This document shows, one piece after another, positions 38,099-48,873 of a DNA stretch of 64,000 bases. Where the stretch lies: sequence record NZ_CP096760.1. One strand, given 5' to 3'. Below the pieces are notes generated by a model. It was given only the letters and a program-made list of their open reading frames with translations, ran no database searches and was not told the origin of the DNA. The stretch is from a plasmid. A program made the position numbers and the translations under genes. How positions within the stretch are numbered: position 1 is the first letter of the stretch; each line of letters starts with the position of its first letter.

Positions 38099-38794
38099 AT
38101 GGACGAACAAAAGCGCTATTTGTTGGATTATTTCTCAATGAGATTCACGAGTCTCATGGATAATTATGTTATGGCAATAAATGGCGCTTTTTTCACTACA
38201 AGGCGCGCAGGCTATACGCCTTCGCAGTATCAGATTGAAAACGCCAAGAATTTTGTGGCTAACGCACATTATTTATTCCTTGAAGCTGCTGGCAACACTC
38301 TTGAGCAGATTGCATCAAATTTGGACGCTCAAGAGGTGGCTTACAACATGTTCGAACTTGAACATGTCAAAAATCAACTTGTATCTATTTCCATTGATAT
38401 GTTGCGCCAAGCGAACCGCGCAATTTCTACAGGAATCCAAAACAAGGCGATTGAACTGCTTGGAAAGAATAATGCTCACGGCGCAATGGGCTTGTTAGTA
38501 CAAAAGAAAATGGCTGAACTGGAAATTACCGCAACAGATAGTGCAGGGCGTAAATGGAGAGAGCCATCTAGTCTTGTAAAAACCATCGTTCGGGATTTCA
38601 TTTATCAATCACTTGTAGATCACCAGATTAAGGCATTGCATGAATCTGGCATTGACCTGATTGCTGTACCTGACATTGATAAGCCTGTGTCCATTCAAGG
38701 GCAGGCAGGTTATGTGGCTTTAAAAGACGTAAGACATCACTTCCATCCGAATGGATATGACTTACCTGTAGGCTACACAGATGTTCACACCTAA
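38099..38794 (+). CDS. hypothetical structural protein
   Basis: Start at MDEQKRY right after the previous stop. Confidence 0.5.
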   Translation: MDEQKRYLLDYFSMRFTSLMDNYVMAINGAFFTTRRAGYTPSQYQIENAKNFVANAHYLFLEAAGNTLEQIASNLDAQEVAYNMFELEHVKNQLVSISIDMLRQANRAISTGIQNKAIELLGKNNAHGAMGLLVQKKMAELEITATDSAGRKWREPSSLVKTIVRDFIYQSLVDHQIKALHESGIDLIAVPDIDKPVSIQGQAGYVALKDVRHHFHPNGYDLPVGYTDVHT

Positions 38795-39131
38795 TCAGTT
38801 CTGCTTCGTTCGGGCAAGGAATGGCTATGATCACTTCGGTTTAGCCAAATTTGGGCTAAGACGAAAGGAACGTTGCGCCATCGTCAAGATGATTCAGCAA
38901 AGCAACAAGACCTCAGTTCGTGCGGACTCGTCTGCTTCGCGCGGCAACGCAAGGGAAGTGGTTGCAGATCTGGTCATTTTGCTTGAACCCAAAACCACGG
39001 CAACCATTGACTCAATCATTGAGTTTGGTGGGGACATGTATGTGGTGAAATCAGTCCATAAACGGTTTGATATTCGCGGCAAGCATGATCACACCGAAGC
39101 GGCATGTACCTACTGGAGTGATAACGAATGA
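38781..39131 (+). CDS. hypothetical head-tail protein
   Basis: 116-aa ORF. Confidence 0.45.
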   Translation: MFTPNQFCFVRARNGYDHFGLAKFGLRRKERCAIVKMIQQSNKTSVRADSSASRGNAREVVADLVILLEPKTTATIDSIIEFGGDMYVVKSVHKRFDIRGKHDHTEAACTYWSDNE

Positions 39132-39514
39132 ATCCACTAATTCCTATCGCTCAAATGCTCAATGATGCAGGGGTCGCCACTTTAGGGCAAAACCTGTTTA
39201 TCAACATGATGCCAATTTCCGTAACAAACGGAATCCTGCTAAGGAATCCAATCAACGGAACCAAAATTGATCATGAGTTAAAGGGTCATTACAACACCGA
39301 ATTCAAGGTCATTGTAAGGACCACCAATTATGAGACGGGTTATAAATTGATGAAGAAGGTATTCAAGCTTCTTACACTGGATAACCATTTTGTTGAAGGT
39401 ATGCACATTAAACAATGTTATCCGGACAATGAGCCAATCGAATATCCGATCTCAGAAGGGAACACTCTCGAACTGGCATCAGACTTCAAGATTGCCTTTA
39501 GCGAGATTACCTAA
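39128..39514 (+). CDS. hypothetical head-tail protein
   Basis: 128-aa ORF, overlaps previous stop. Confidence 0.5.
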   Translation: MNPLIPIAQMLNDAGVATLGQNLFINMMPISVTNGILLRNPINGTKIDHELKGHYNTEFKVIVRTTNYETGYKLMKKVFKLLTLDNHFVEGMHIKQCYPDNEPIEYPISEGNTLELASDFKIAFSEIT

Positions 39515-40011
39515 TGGCCCGAAAGAACCTTCAGACCACAGGACTCAATGAGCTTCGCAAGAAACTCACCAAGTTAAGTGAAATGCCAAATGTTCTGGAT
39601 TCCGAGCTAGGCAGTATTGCCAAACAGATGCGCGATACTGCCAAGGCTATGGCACCCATTGAATATGGTGGATTACGCGAATCGATCAAATATCGTCGGG
39701 TCGGTTATGAACGTAACAAGCTAGGACAGTTCTTTAAGGGAGGCTTGGGTCAGCATACCGTTTACGTTAATTTGAATCAGCCGAGTCGCGGAGCAACGGT
39801 TGCAAAGTATTTCTTCTTTGTACACGAGCACATGAGCGTCGGTCGTACTGGAGGAGAGTTCCAGCCTTCCGAATATTCCGTGATGAATAGCGCACTACTT
39901 GGCGAAGTTGCGGGCGGTCGATTCATGGAACGGGCCAGAGTCAAATACGAAGTGCAAATTACCAAACTTTTGCAGCACAGAGCGGACGAGTTTATTAAAA
40001 CTTTGTTCTAG
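39514..40011 (+). CDS. hypothetical tail-completion-like protein
   Basis: 165-aa ORF. Confidence 0.5.
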   Translation: MARKNLQTTGLNELRKKLTKLSEMPNVLDSELGSIAKQMRDTAKAMAPIEYGGLRESIKYRRVGYERNKLGQFFKGGLGQHTVYVNLNQPSRGATVAKYFFFVHEHMSVGRTGGEFQPSEYSVMNSALLGEVAGGRFMERARVKYEVQITKLLQHRADEFIKTLF

Positions 40012-40055
40012 TGAAAGTGTTTAAATTCCAAACATTATGGTATTCTTGGCAATGC

Positions 40056-40080
40056 AATTATTAGTAAGCGCTTATTAATA
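40056..40080. repeat. prophage palindromic motif copy
   Basis: AATTATTAGTAAGCGCTTATTAATA upstream of the tube gene. Confidence 0.75.
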
Positions 40081-40095
40081 GTATTGGAGTAATGT

Positions 40096-40641
40096 ATGGC
40101 TAACAACGATACCTCAAACGTTAAGCTTGGTGTATGTAAAGTCTTCTTTGGCGGTGTTGATCTTGGCTTCACCAAAGGTGGCGTTGAAGTGACGGTAGAA
40201 ACTGAAACCCACGAAGTTCAAGTAGACCAATACGGTAATACCCCAATTTCTGAATATGTAATGGGTCGTACCATTACCGTAGCCGTTCCTTTGGCTGAAA
40301 CCACGTTAGATAACCTTGTTGCCACTATGCCGGGTGCAAAACTGGTAACAGATTCAACAGCCGGAACTTCAAAAGCCATTGTACCTACAGGCGTTGGCGT
40401 GAACTTGCTTGATTTCGCTGACGAGTTGGTATTGGTTCCTAAAGGCGTAAACGGCTCATTGAACTACAACGATGCAGTACGCGTTCCTAAAGCGGCAACT
40501 CCGGGTGCCATGACCTTTGCTTATAAGCTTGATGAAGAACGAATCTTCAACTGTAACTTCAAAGGCTACCCAGTCATTGAAGGCAATGATGAAGTGCTTT
40601 ATCAGGTCGGCACAGTTACACCACCAGCAGCTAAAGCTTAA
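40096..40641 (+). CDS. major tail (tube) protein (putative)
   Basis: 181 aa; flanked by motif copies and a terminator. Confidence 0.6.
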   Translation: MANNDTSNVKLGVCKVFFGGVDLGFTKGGVEVTVETETHEVQVDQYGNTPISEYVMGRTITVAVPLAETTLDNLVATMPGAKLVTDSTAGTSKAIVPTGVGVNLLDFADELVLVPKGVNGSLNYNDAVRVPKAATPGAMTFAYKLDEERIFNCNFKGYPVIEGNDEVLYQVGTVTPPAAKA

Positions 40642-40651
40642 TTTTCTCACA

Positions 40652-40679
40652 ATATATTAGTAAGCACTTACTAATATAT
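40652..40679. repeat. prophage palindromic motif copy (ATATATTAGTAAGCACTTACTAATATAT)
   Basis: Perfect palindrome. Confidence 0.85.
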
Positions 40680-40683
40680 TTAT

Positions 40684-40712
40684 GCAGCCTCATACCCGTG
40701 AGGCTGCTTTAT
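40684..40712 (+). terminator. rho-independent terminator after the tube gene
   Basis: GCAGCCTCA-taccc-GTGAGGCTGC plus TTTAT. Confidence 0.8.
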
Positions 40713-40735
40713 AAGATTTTTCAGGAAGTTCGCTT

Positions 40736-41089
40736 ATGAAATTACTCAACCTAGATCCATTAGTTAAATCAGTAGAAAAACGTGTAGTCGTCGTAAATGG
40801 AAAAAATCACGAAATCCGCACATTGAATGTGGAGCAGTTTCTCCAAATCGTCGATGAGTCCAAGTCGATTGTGGAACGCGCAGAAAAGGGCGAATTCACA
40901 TTGGCAGATGAAGTTCGCTTAACGAGAAAAGTCGTCGGCTTGGCTATTCCAACCATGACGGAAGAAGAAATCAACAAGCTTGACGTAAGCCAGATTCAAG
41001 CCATTGCTGAATTTGCAAAAGGCAACGACGTCGAAGGGGTAGAGGAAGTCTCATCCGAAGAGACTCAGGAAGACCCAGAGGGAAAGTAG
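40736..41089 (+). CDS. tail assembly chaperone (lambda gpG-like)
   Basis: 117-aa acidic protein before the tape measure; slippery site at its 3' end. Confidence 0.65.
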   Translation: MKLLNLDPLVKSVEKRVVVVNGKNHEIRTLNVEQFLQIVDESKSIVERAEKGEFTLADEVRLTRKVVGLAIPTMTEEEINKLDVSQIQAIAEFAKGNDVEGVEEVSSEETQEDPEGK

Positions 41090-41442
41090 AAGTATTGGCA
41101 ATCGATTTTGGCTTCATCTTTTGCCAAATCATGCACTTCTATTCAATGAGCTATGAATGCGTATTGAAACTACCAATACGCATTTTCTGGCTTCTTAGCA
41201 AAAACATTCAACGCATTCAGGCCAGAAACGACTTACGCCATCTAAACGTTTCTACAGCAGCCACGTTTGGTGCGGCAGCGTTCATGAGCGGTAACAGTAA
41301 ATCTACCTTGACCAAAGACGTTACCGACCAATTACTCGCGGAACGGGGGGATGTCGTAAAAGTTAAATCAAATCCATTAGAAGCCAAATTGGACAGAGAC
41401 GGTCTTGAAATGCTGCGAAGACTTAGCGCACCGAGGCAGTAA
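41080..41442 (+). CDS. gpGT-like -1 frameshift extension (translated as a G-T fusion from the G_GGA_AAG site at 41080-41086)
   Basis: Canonical X_XXY_YYZ heptamer 2 codons before the gpG stop; the -1 frame is open to 41442. Confidence 0.6.
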   Translation, partial: GKVEVLAIDFGFIFCQIMHFYSMSYECVLKLPIRIFWLLSKNIQRIQARNDLRHLNVSTAATFGAAAFMSGNSKSTLTKDVTDQLLAERGDVVKVKSNPLEAKLDRDGLEMLRRLSAPRQ

Positions 41443-41444
41443 AT

Positions 41445-44400
41445 ATGGCTGGCGAAATTAACAATACGCTCAAACTTGATGTCAATCAATTTGACCAAGC
41501 TATTCAAAAGGCATCAGATCGCCTAGATAAGCTAGACAGCAATCTGGGGAAAACCAACGCTTCCGTCGAAAGCTTGGAGAAGATTCTTAGTGGTTTGGGC
41601 GGAGATATTCGCCAGCTCTCTTCCTCATTCAAAACGCTTGATGACAATCTGGCAGCTTCCTTGAAAATGTTAAGTGGGGTTCAGAAAAATACTGACTCAC
41701 TTTCACGCTCATTGGATAGCGTAGACAAATCGGCATCAAAAACTGCCAAAACCACAGCGCAAGCAGCCAAAAGTATTGAAAATTTGGCTGACTTTACGCA
41801 AGCCTACGAGAAAAAGCTCAAAAATTTAAACCCACTTTTGAATAGAGTTTCAAAGGGTCAGCAGATTCTTGAGGCACACGCAAAAGCGACTGGTGACGAA
41901 CTAGAGAAGCAATCAAAACGAACACTTGCGAATAACGCTAGAGCTTTACAGGCTGAGATTAAGAATAACGAGAAGCTGCTCGCTGAACGCCGTGAAATGG
42001 CTTATAAGGCCGCACAGATTCAGAAACGTGCGGAAGTTAATTTAGCAGTACAGCAAAAACTTTATAACGGCACATTCTTCGGCAAGAACAAGAATTCCAC
42101 TTCTGAAAAAGCAGTGGAAATGCGCGCAAATATTGAATTGTGGCGTAAAGAGGCAGATGCGGCCAAGCTTGTTAAGGAGCAAATCAAGTCTGTCATTCGT
42201 GATATTGAATATCAAAATGGCGAGCTGCAAAAAGGTGTAAACCTGCTCAATCAGCAGATTGAACGCACCCGCGCACTTAAAAACCAGCAATCTGTAGAAC
42301 AAGCCAAATCCCGTCAGGAACAAAAGAGCCTAGACACAGCACGTAAACGCCAAGAGCTTGAAAAGAGAACCGAGGCTTGGTGGAAAGAAGCGCTCTTTAA
42401 CCGTGAACGAAGAGAGGAAGAGGCTGAGCGCAGACGCATTGAAAAACGACGTCAATTAGAGCAGGAGTATTCAAACTGGTTTAATCGCGAACTCGACAAA
42501 CGCGAACGCCGAGAAGCCGATGCACGCCTAAAACAGCGCCCTCTAATTCGAAACATCGATGAAGAACGCCAAGCTCAGACACGAACTGCGGATGCTCGTC
42601 GTAAGCTGGAACTTGATTATACGGGTTGGTGGACAAGAACGCTCAATAACCGAGATCAAGCTGCTCAACGCGCTGCCGAGCAGGCGGAACGTGACGCTCA
42701 TCGCGTGAGAATGCAGCAGCTTAATGAAGAGCGTAAGGCTCAAGAGCTATTGCATCGAGAGCAAATGTCTGTTGCCAAAGACCTTGCCGCAATGTACGCA
42801 AGTATCAAGATCAATCAAGGTCTAGGCGGCGCTGTACACAAAAATATGGAATTAGAGCAATCTAAATTCCGTCTATCATTGTGGAATCTTCCAAAAGAAG
42901 AACAAGAACGATTCCTTCAAAAATCCAGAGATTTAACCAAGACTGAGAAATATCTCACCAATACAGAAGCCATTGATGCCCGTCTTGACGCTATGGCTGC
43001 AATGGGTGGCAACCACGAAAAGACCATTGATGCCACATTAGCAACTGCTACCCGTGTGGCTCACATCTTACGTGCAACGGGTAATGAAACAGGTTCAAAC
43101 AGCGACCTAGTGAAAAACTTGTACGGATTCGCCGAATCCCGCCAAGTCATGAACAATGTCGATGAAATTAACAAATCATTCGAGACGCTGTTAAAAATCT
43201 CCAATATTTCAAACGGCAAAATCAAAATTGCCGACGTTGAAACCATTGCGCGTAACATGGGCGGTATGCGAGCTGACGTCTCAGCCGATGGCTGGTTAAA
43301 AATCGCAGCGCTTGGTGAGCAGTTCAAGACCGCTGGTGGTGGTAACGGTGGTGGCGGGGGTATCGCAACCGTAGGTACGATGCTCAAGATGATGGGTTTA
43401 TACGGTTCGGGTAAGACAATTACCAATCGTGCCGTAACCGATCTGATGGGCGCCGATATCCTCAACGAATTCAAGGACGGCGATGCTGAGAAGGCGTTCA
43501 GAGAAAACGCTAAAAATATCAAAGAATTTACCAAAATGATGAAGAACGCGGGCTTCAAGGACTTGAAGTCGATGGGCGAAGATCCGGTTAAGTTCTTCTC
43601 ATCTTTACGCGGTCAGATTCTTGATTACATGATGCGTGAAGATAACTTCACCCGCTTCTTTGGTGAAGGGACCAAGCGTTGGACCTACAACCAGAAAGGT
43701 CAGATGATCAACAGCGAAGGCAAAGTTGTTGATCCGAATGAACAAAACAAAATTGAGCGCACGGGCTTTACTCGTTGGGCTTCTGGCATGGGCTGGTCAA
43801 ATAAAACCGTAGACGGTTTGACCACCATGTTAGATAAACGCTTCATTGACCGCGCAAATGAAGTGGCAGAAAGCGCTAAACGTTCAGCAGAAAGTCAGCA
43901 GGCCCTAAAAGAAGCTCAAGACACATTAAAGGGTAGCACAGACAACCTAATGGCTTCATTGGGACGTTTGGCTGAATCATTTGCTCCGCTTCTACCTTTT
44001 TTAACGGGCTTCGTTAATGGTCTAACCAAAGCGGTAGACGGCATTGCAAACTTGATGAATTTGCATCCCGCAATTGCCATTGTGACAGGTCTTGGAGCTG
44101 GTTTTGGCGCCCTAACCTTAGCGACAAGTTTATTTTTTGGGAAATTAAGCCTAGTTAGTCGCCTAGTTACAACACTCCTTCCTGCATTGGGTGGCTTGGG
44201 TAAGACTGCTCAAACCTCTTCCGGTCAATTGGCTACCGCAACAAGCACTGCAAATAACTTAGGGCAGGCGGTATCAAAAATGGGCGATGGCACAAAAAAT
44301 GTTGTGCCTAAAGTTTCCAATATGAGTACACGCGTCCTTGGCATTTTGGGCGGCATGTTACGCTGGGCAGGCTGGGTCGGGTTAGGACTTCTTGTAGGTC

Positions 44401-47033
44401 AAATGTTCATTTCTTGGCTTGATAGCGTCAACAAGAATGAAACCCCGTTAAGATCATCCTTCCAACGGTTAGTGCAAGGCTTACGGGATGACCTGATCGC
44501 AGGGTTAAAAGGTCTACATACCATCTGGAACAATGCTTTAATCCAGTTAGGCATTGATACAGAAAACGCACGCCGTAATCTCCGTGATTTGGCAAACTAC
44601 AAAGGCGAAGTTTTAAAAATCCCAGTTAAAGGTGTAACGGCTGAAGAGGGCGGTGGCTTTACCTCAACACCTGCAACCCGTGAACTTGGCAAGAAAATCA
44701 CCAAATTGCTTGAGAAGCGGGAGCTTGTACAAAAGGGGAAAGGCTTCTTAACGAATGCGCTTGACGGTGGCAAACAGCAATTAAAAGAAATTGACGATAT
44801 GCTTGCCGGGTACAGACGCGGCATGAAATTAGGCGGGCTGGTTTATATCGAGAAAGGCCCATACGCTGGACAAGTCGTTCTTAAAAAGGACATTGAAAAG
44901 AACGCCAAGCTTCTCAAAAATAAGCAGAAGCAAGCTGCTGCCGCTAAAACTTCGTCTGCAACCTCTACAGGAAGTGTATTACCTACACCGTCAAATCTTG
45001 CCGATTATTCTGCACCGGCAATTGGTTCTGGTGGAGGCTCAACGCCTAAAGAGAAAACTGGACGAGGTTACGATCGCCAATGGAACAACCTATATCGTGC
45101 TGATGTTGAGAAAGCCTTGTTGGGCGCTCAAGACCGCGAGACTGATATTAGTGAAATTCTCGGTCAGCCTGTTGACTACCTCAAGAGAGCGAAGAACGAC
45201 TTTATCGAGCGTTGGATGAGCGGAAAATGGGATGACAATAATGACCCACGCTCACGTCCATTCACGAAGGGTACATACAATCCTGATACAGGTTGGACTA
45301 AGGATCAAATTGACTGGGACGGCATGTACAAAGGTCAACATGTCAATGAGTTCCTTAACGCCCAAATGAAGAAGTTGATGGCCGATGACTACAAGGCATC
45401 AATTCAGTTTGCCGCTGAAAGATCGGCTTCAACAGATGAGGACTTTAAGAACGTCCTTGATCAATTTGTCGAGAATGACACCAAGAAATCTGATGCCTTA
45501 ATGGCTTTAGAACGTCAGTTCGCCCGTTATGAAGTGCGTAATCCAATGGCACTTCAAGCAGGCGGTTATAACGACTTCAAGGACTTTGCGCTTAACCATC
45601 AGGTGGCCAAGGACACTTTATCCAAAGCTTATGAGTCTAAAAACATCAATAAACAACTCTCCATTGACCTAATGGATAGTGAAGTTGATCGACGTCAATC
45701 TTCTGCCGACTATGCGTATGATGAAGTTGCCAAGGAGATCAATGAGCAGCGTAAGGCGCTAGAAAAGCGGATTCAGATTACCAAAACCATGATGGAAAAC
45801 GATGAGGCTGCCAAGAAGGAATATGCAGAACTCATCAAAGCCAAAGAGCTGGCTGAAGAGGAATTCACCAAGCGCTTAATGCTTGAAAATGAAAAGCGTG
45901 TTCGCGCCTCTGAATCCGCAACACAGCAGATGCTACGCCAATACCGTGATCTGAAAGTCGGTATTGAAAGCATTAACCAGAAGTGGACAGAAAGTGCTAT
46001 CGACTCAGTTGCCGACCTCATTACAGGACGGATGAGTTTCAAGGACTTCGACTGGCGTCAAATTGGATCTGATATTTTTGCCGATTATGCAAAAGTCTTT
46101 GTAAAAGATTCAGCAAGTAAGCTAATTACCAACGTAATGGGTAACCAATCCATTTTTGATCTTGGTAAATCCTTATTGAGCGGTAAAGCTGCTGGCGGAA
46201 TGGGCTGGGCATCAGACTTGCTAAATAGATGGCGCGGTTTAGGTCCTTATGCTCCGGCTGTTGACCCAAATACAGGCGAATCTACAAGTGCTGCGGTCAA
46301 TACTGAAATTACTGACACTATACCGCTATTTGACAAACTACGCGCTACCTTAAATCCACTGACTCAAGGATTAAGTTCATTATGGGAAAATGTCAGCAGC
46401 GCATCACAGGGTCTTTGGACTTTTGCGTCAGATGCTATCAGCAAGGCAATTAATGCTTTGTTCCAATGGGCAACAAGCCTGTTAGCATCAAGCACAGCTT
46501 CCAGCGGCTCATCGGGCGGTAACTGGTTAGGTACATTGTTCCAAGTCGGAATGGCCGCTTATGGAGCTTACAGCGGTGCAGGAGCAGGTATTGGAGACAT
46601 TAGTAGCGGTGCTTCATATCAAGTCGGCGGTGGCTTCAACAGCGCTGTAGGTTGGAGTGGTACATCACAGTTCGCCAAGGGTGGAATTTTTACCAACTCT
46701 ATCGTGAATGAACCTACACCGTTTATGTTTGCCAAGGGTGGAAGTTTTGCAAACGGTCTGATGGGAGAAGCAGGGCCAGAAGCAATCATGCCGCTTACTC
46801 GCGATTCATCGGGCAGACTCGGTGTTTCCATGTTGGGAGCGGGTGACGCTTCAAACGACATGCAAAATCACGTTCAAATCCAAATCACCGTAAACAACGA
46901 TGGAAGCTCTTCTACAAGCGCATCTGGCGGTGATGCTCAAGAATATAAACAAATGGCGAAGCAGGTCGAAGCCATTGTCATGAGCACCTTGGACAAACAA
47001 AGCAGACCGGGAGGAAGATTATATAAGAAATAA
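41445..47033 (+). CDS. tail tape measure protein (1862 aa)
   Basis: Long coiled-coil N-terminal half, Gly-rich and hydrophobic segments, lambda-gpH-like C-terminal motif. Confidence 0.85.
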   Translation: MAGEINNTLKLDVNQFDQAIQKASDRLDKLDSNLGKTNASVESLEKILSGLGGDIRQLSSSFKTLDDNLAASLKMLSGVQKNTDSLSRSLDSVDKSASKTAKTTAQAAKSIENLADFTQAYEKKLKNLNPLLNRVSKGQQILEAHAKATGDELEKQSKRTLANNARALQAEIKNNEKLLAERREMAYKAAQIQKRAEVNLAVQQKLYNGTFFGKNKNSTSEKAVEMRANIELWRKEADAAKLVKEQIKSVIRDIEYQNGELQKGVNLLNQQIERTRALKNQQSVEQAKSRQEQKSLDTARKRQELEKRTEAWWKEALFNRERREEEAERRRIEKRRQLEQEYSNWFNRELDKRERREADARLKQRPLIRNIDEERQAQTRTADARRKLELDYTGWWTRTLNNRDQAAQRAAEQAERDAHRVRMQQLNEERKAQELLHREQMSVAKDLAAMYASIKINQGLGGAVHKNMELEQSKFRLSLWNLPKEEQERFLQKSRDLTKTEKYLTNTEAIDARLDAMAAMGGNHEKTIDATLATATRVAHILRATGNETGSNSDLVKNLYGFAESRQVMNNVDEINKSFETLLKISNISNGKIKIADVETIARNMGGMRADVSADGWLKIAALGEQFKTAGGGNGGGGGIATVGTMLKMMGLYGSGKTITNRAVTDLMGADILNEFKDGDAEKAFRENAKNIKEFTKMMKNAGFKDLKSMGEDPVKFFSSLRGQILDYMMREDNFTRFFGEGTKRWTYNQKGQMINSEGKVVDPNEQNKIERTGFTRWASGMGWSNKTVDGLTTMLDKRFIDRANEVAESAKRSAESQQALKEAQDTLKGSTDNLMASLGRLAESFAPLLPFLTGFVNGLTKAVDGIANLMNLHPAIAIVTGLGAGFGALTLATSLFFGKLSLVSRLVTTLLPALGGLGKTAQTSSGQLATATSTANNLGQAVSKMGDGTKNVVPKVSNMSTRVLGILGGMLRWAGWVGLGLLVGQMFISWLDSVNKNETPLRSSFQRLVQGLRDDLIAGLKGLHTIWNNALIQLGIDTENARRNLRDLANYKGEVLKIPVKGVTAEEGGGFTSTPATRELGKKITKLLEKRELVQKGKGFLTNALDGGKQQLKEIDDMLAGYRRGMKLGGLVYIEKGPYAGQVVLKKDIEKNAKLLKNKQKQAAAAKTSSATSTGSVLPTPSNLADYSAPAIGSGGGSTPKEKTGRGYDRQWNNLYRADVEKALLGAQDRETDISEILGQPVDYLKRAKNDFIERWMSGKWDDNNDPRSRPFTKGTYNPDTGWTKDQIDWDGMYKGQHVNEFLNAQMKKLMADDYKASIQFAAERSASTDEDFKNVLDQFVENDTKKSDALMALERQFARYEVRNPMALQAGGYNDFKDFALNHQVAKDTLSKAYESKNINKQLSIDLMDSEVDRRQSSADYAYDEVAKEINEQRKALEKRIQITKTMMENDEAAKKEYAELIKAKELAEEEFTKRLMLENEKRVRASESATQQMLRQYRDLKVGIESINQKWTESAIDSVADLITGRMSFKDFDWRQIGSDIFADYAKVFVKDSASKLITNVMGNQSIFDLGKSLLSGKAAGGMGWASDLLNRWRGLGPYAPAVDPNTGESTSAAVNTEITDTIPLFDKLRATLNPLTQGLSSLWENVSSASQGLWTFASDAISKAINALFQWATSLLASSTASSGSSGGNWLGTLFQVGMAAYGAYSGAGAGIGDISSGASYQVGGGFNSAVGWSGTSQFAKGGIFTNSIVNEPTPFMFAKGGSFANGLMGEAGPEAIMPLTRDSSGRLGVSMLGAGDASNDMQNHVQIQITVNNDGSSSTSASGGDAQEYKQMAKQVEAIVMSTLDKQSRPGGRLYKK

Positions 47034-47048
47034 TATAATTACCCCTTT

Positions 47049-47076
47049 AATATTAGTAAGCGCTTACTTATAATTA
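47049..47076. repeat. prophage palindromic motif copy
   Basis: AATATTAGTAAGCGCTTACTTATAATTA. Confidence 0.8.
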
Positions 47077-47105
47077 GGTGGGCGCTTAATTTCATTCTGA
47101 GTCTT

Positions 47106-47432
47106 ATGGAATTTATTTGGAAGCCCGATTTGGGCGCTGAAAAGTCGAAAAAACCTTCCGTCTCTACGGTCAAGTTTAATGATGGCTACGAAGCCCGTAT
47201 TCCAAATTCTATTAACCCAAGTTTGCGGGTATGGAACTGCACCTTTACCAACAACCTGCAAACGGCAAATGAAATTGACGAGTTTCTTAACAAAGCCAAT
47301 GGCACAACCGCGTTTGATTGGATTGACCCACAAGGCAAAAAGGGCAAGTTCGTCTGCCGCGAATGGAAGATGAATCAAATCAAATTTGGTGTTTTTCAGA
47401 TTACCGCAGTGCTTGAAGAGGTTTATGAATAA
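47106..47432 (+). CDS. minor tail protein, lambda gpM-like
   Basis: 108 aa; gpM-like conserved block. Confidence 0.7.
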   Translation: MEFIWKPDLGAEKSKKPSVSTVKFNDGYEARIPNSINPSLRVWNCTFTNNLQTANEIDEFLNKANGTTAFDWIDPQGKKGKFVCREWKMNQIKFGVFQITAVLEEVYE

Positions 47433-48127
47433 TGGGCGAGAAAATCGCTGTAGCTGAAATTCAATCGTTGTCACCAACAGCAGAAGTTGAACTGTTTGTT
47501 ATTGATACAACTAAATTTGGGGGCGATGTTATTCGTTTTTGTTCTGGCGTAAATGCGTTTCACCAACCGATCTACTGGCAGGGAGAACGCTATGACCCTT
47601 TGCCTATTGAAGCAAGTGACTTTGATGTAAGCAGTCAGGGCACTTTGCCTACGCCTAAGCTAATTCTGGCAAACGTAAGTGGCTTATTTTCGTCACTTGC
47701 GGCGGAGCTGGACAACCTTATTGGATGCAAGGTTATCCGTAAACGTACATTTGGCCGCTTCCTTGACGAAGTGAACTTTCCTAATGGAAATCCCGAAGCC
47801 GACCCAACGCAACATTTGCCAGATCAAATTTGGTTTATTGATCGAAAGGTTAATGAAAGCCGCGTTTCAATTGAATGGGAATTGGCATCAGCCTTTGATT
47901 TCCAAGGCGTTCAACTACCTTTCGGTCAGGTGACCAAGAATGCATGTCGCTGGCAGTACCGTTCGCCAGACTGCGGTTGGACAGGCGGTTATTTCACAAA
48001 GGATGACAAGCCGACAGATGACCCGAATCTTGATGCCTGCGGGAAACGGGTTAGCTCTTGTACTTGCCGATTTGGTGAAAATGCCGTTCTTCCATACGGC
48101 GCATTCCCAGGGGTGCAGCGCGTATGA
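47432..48127 (+). CDS. minor tail protein, lambda gpL-like
   Basis: 231 aa with C-terminal Cys cluster (CGWTGG..CGKRVSSCTCRFGEN). Confidence 0.75.
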   Translation: MGEKIAVAEIQSLSPTAEVELFVIDTTKFGGDVIRFCSGVNAFHQPIYWQGERYDPLPIEASDFDVSSQGTLPTPKLILANVSGLFSSLAAELDNLIGCKVIRKRTFGRFLDEVNFPNGNPEADPTQHLPDQIWFIDRKVNESRVSIEWELASAFDFQGVQLPFGQVTKNACRWQYRSPDCGWTGGYFTKDDKPTDDPNLDACGKRVSSCTCRFGENAVLPYGAFPGVQRV

Positions 48128-48873
48128 TCGACACACGCCTACTTAATGAAATTAAACAACATGCGATGGATTGTTATCCAAATGAAGCTTGTGGCTTTAT
48201 TGTTGTCAATAAATATAAGTTAGCGCTTACTATAAAATGTCGTAACGATTCGCCGTTCCCGAAAACTCAGTTTCTTATTAATCCCGATGAGTATCTTCGC
48301 GCAGAACAGGAAGGTGAAATTGTTGGTGTATGGCATACGCATACCAATGGCAATCCGAAGCCAACCGAATCTGATTTGGCCGGCTGTGAAGTGACAGGCT
48401 TGCCTTGGTACATGCTAATGGTCGAGAAGAAAGGGGACGAATTCCACTTTAACGATCTCGTAGAGTTTTCACCAACCGGATATGAAGCCCCATACGAAGG
48501 TCGTCCATATGTATATGGCTCTTTCGATTGCTGGACGCTTTGCCGCGACTTTTACCTACGTGAGTTTGGTATCGAACTTCGTGACTACCCGCGTGTAGAG
48601 AAGTTCTGGACCAATGAAGAAACCAATTACTTCATCAATAAGTACGAAGAAGTAGGGCTTGTCGATGTGACAAATCAGCCCCTTCAGTACGGCGACATTC
48701 TCTTCATTCAAACCGACGGAAGTGGCAACCCGAACCACGCAGCCATTTATGTCGGTACAGAAAAAATCCTTCATCACTGCGAGGGTCGTTTATCTCGCTA
48801 CGACGCCTATGTCTACGGCTCCTACTGGCTTAAGCACACTGTTAAGCAAATGAGGCACAAAAGTAAATGTTAG
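48124..48873 (+). CDS. tail assembly protein, lambda gpK-like (JAB/MPN plus NlpC/P60)
   Basis: GVWHTHTNGNP JAB motif; C..H NlpC/P60 region. Confidence 0.8.
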   Translation: MIDTRLLNEIKQHAMDCYPNEACGFIVVNKYKLALTIKCRNDSPFPKTQFLINPDEYLRAEQEGEIVGVWHTHTNGNPKPTESDLAGCEVTGLPWYMLMVEKKGDEFHFNDLVEFSPTGYEAPYEGRPYVYGSFDCWTLCRDFYLREFGIELRDYPRVEKFWTNEETNYFINKYEEVGLVDVTNQPLQYGDILFIQTDGSGNPNHAAIYVGTEKILHHCEGRLSRYDAYVYGSYWLKHTVKQMRHKSKC

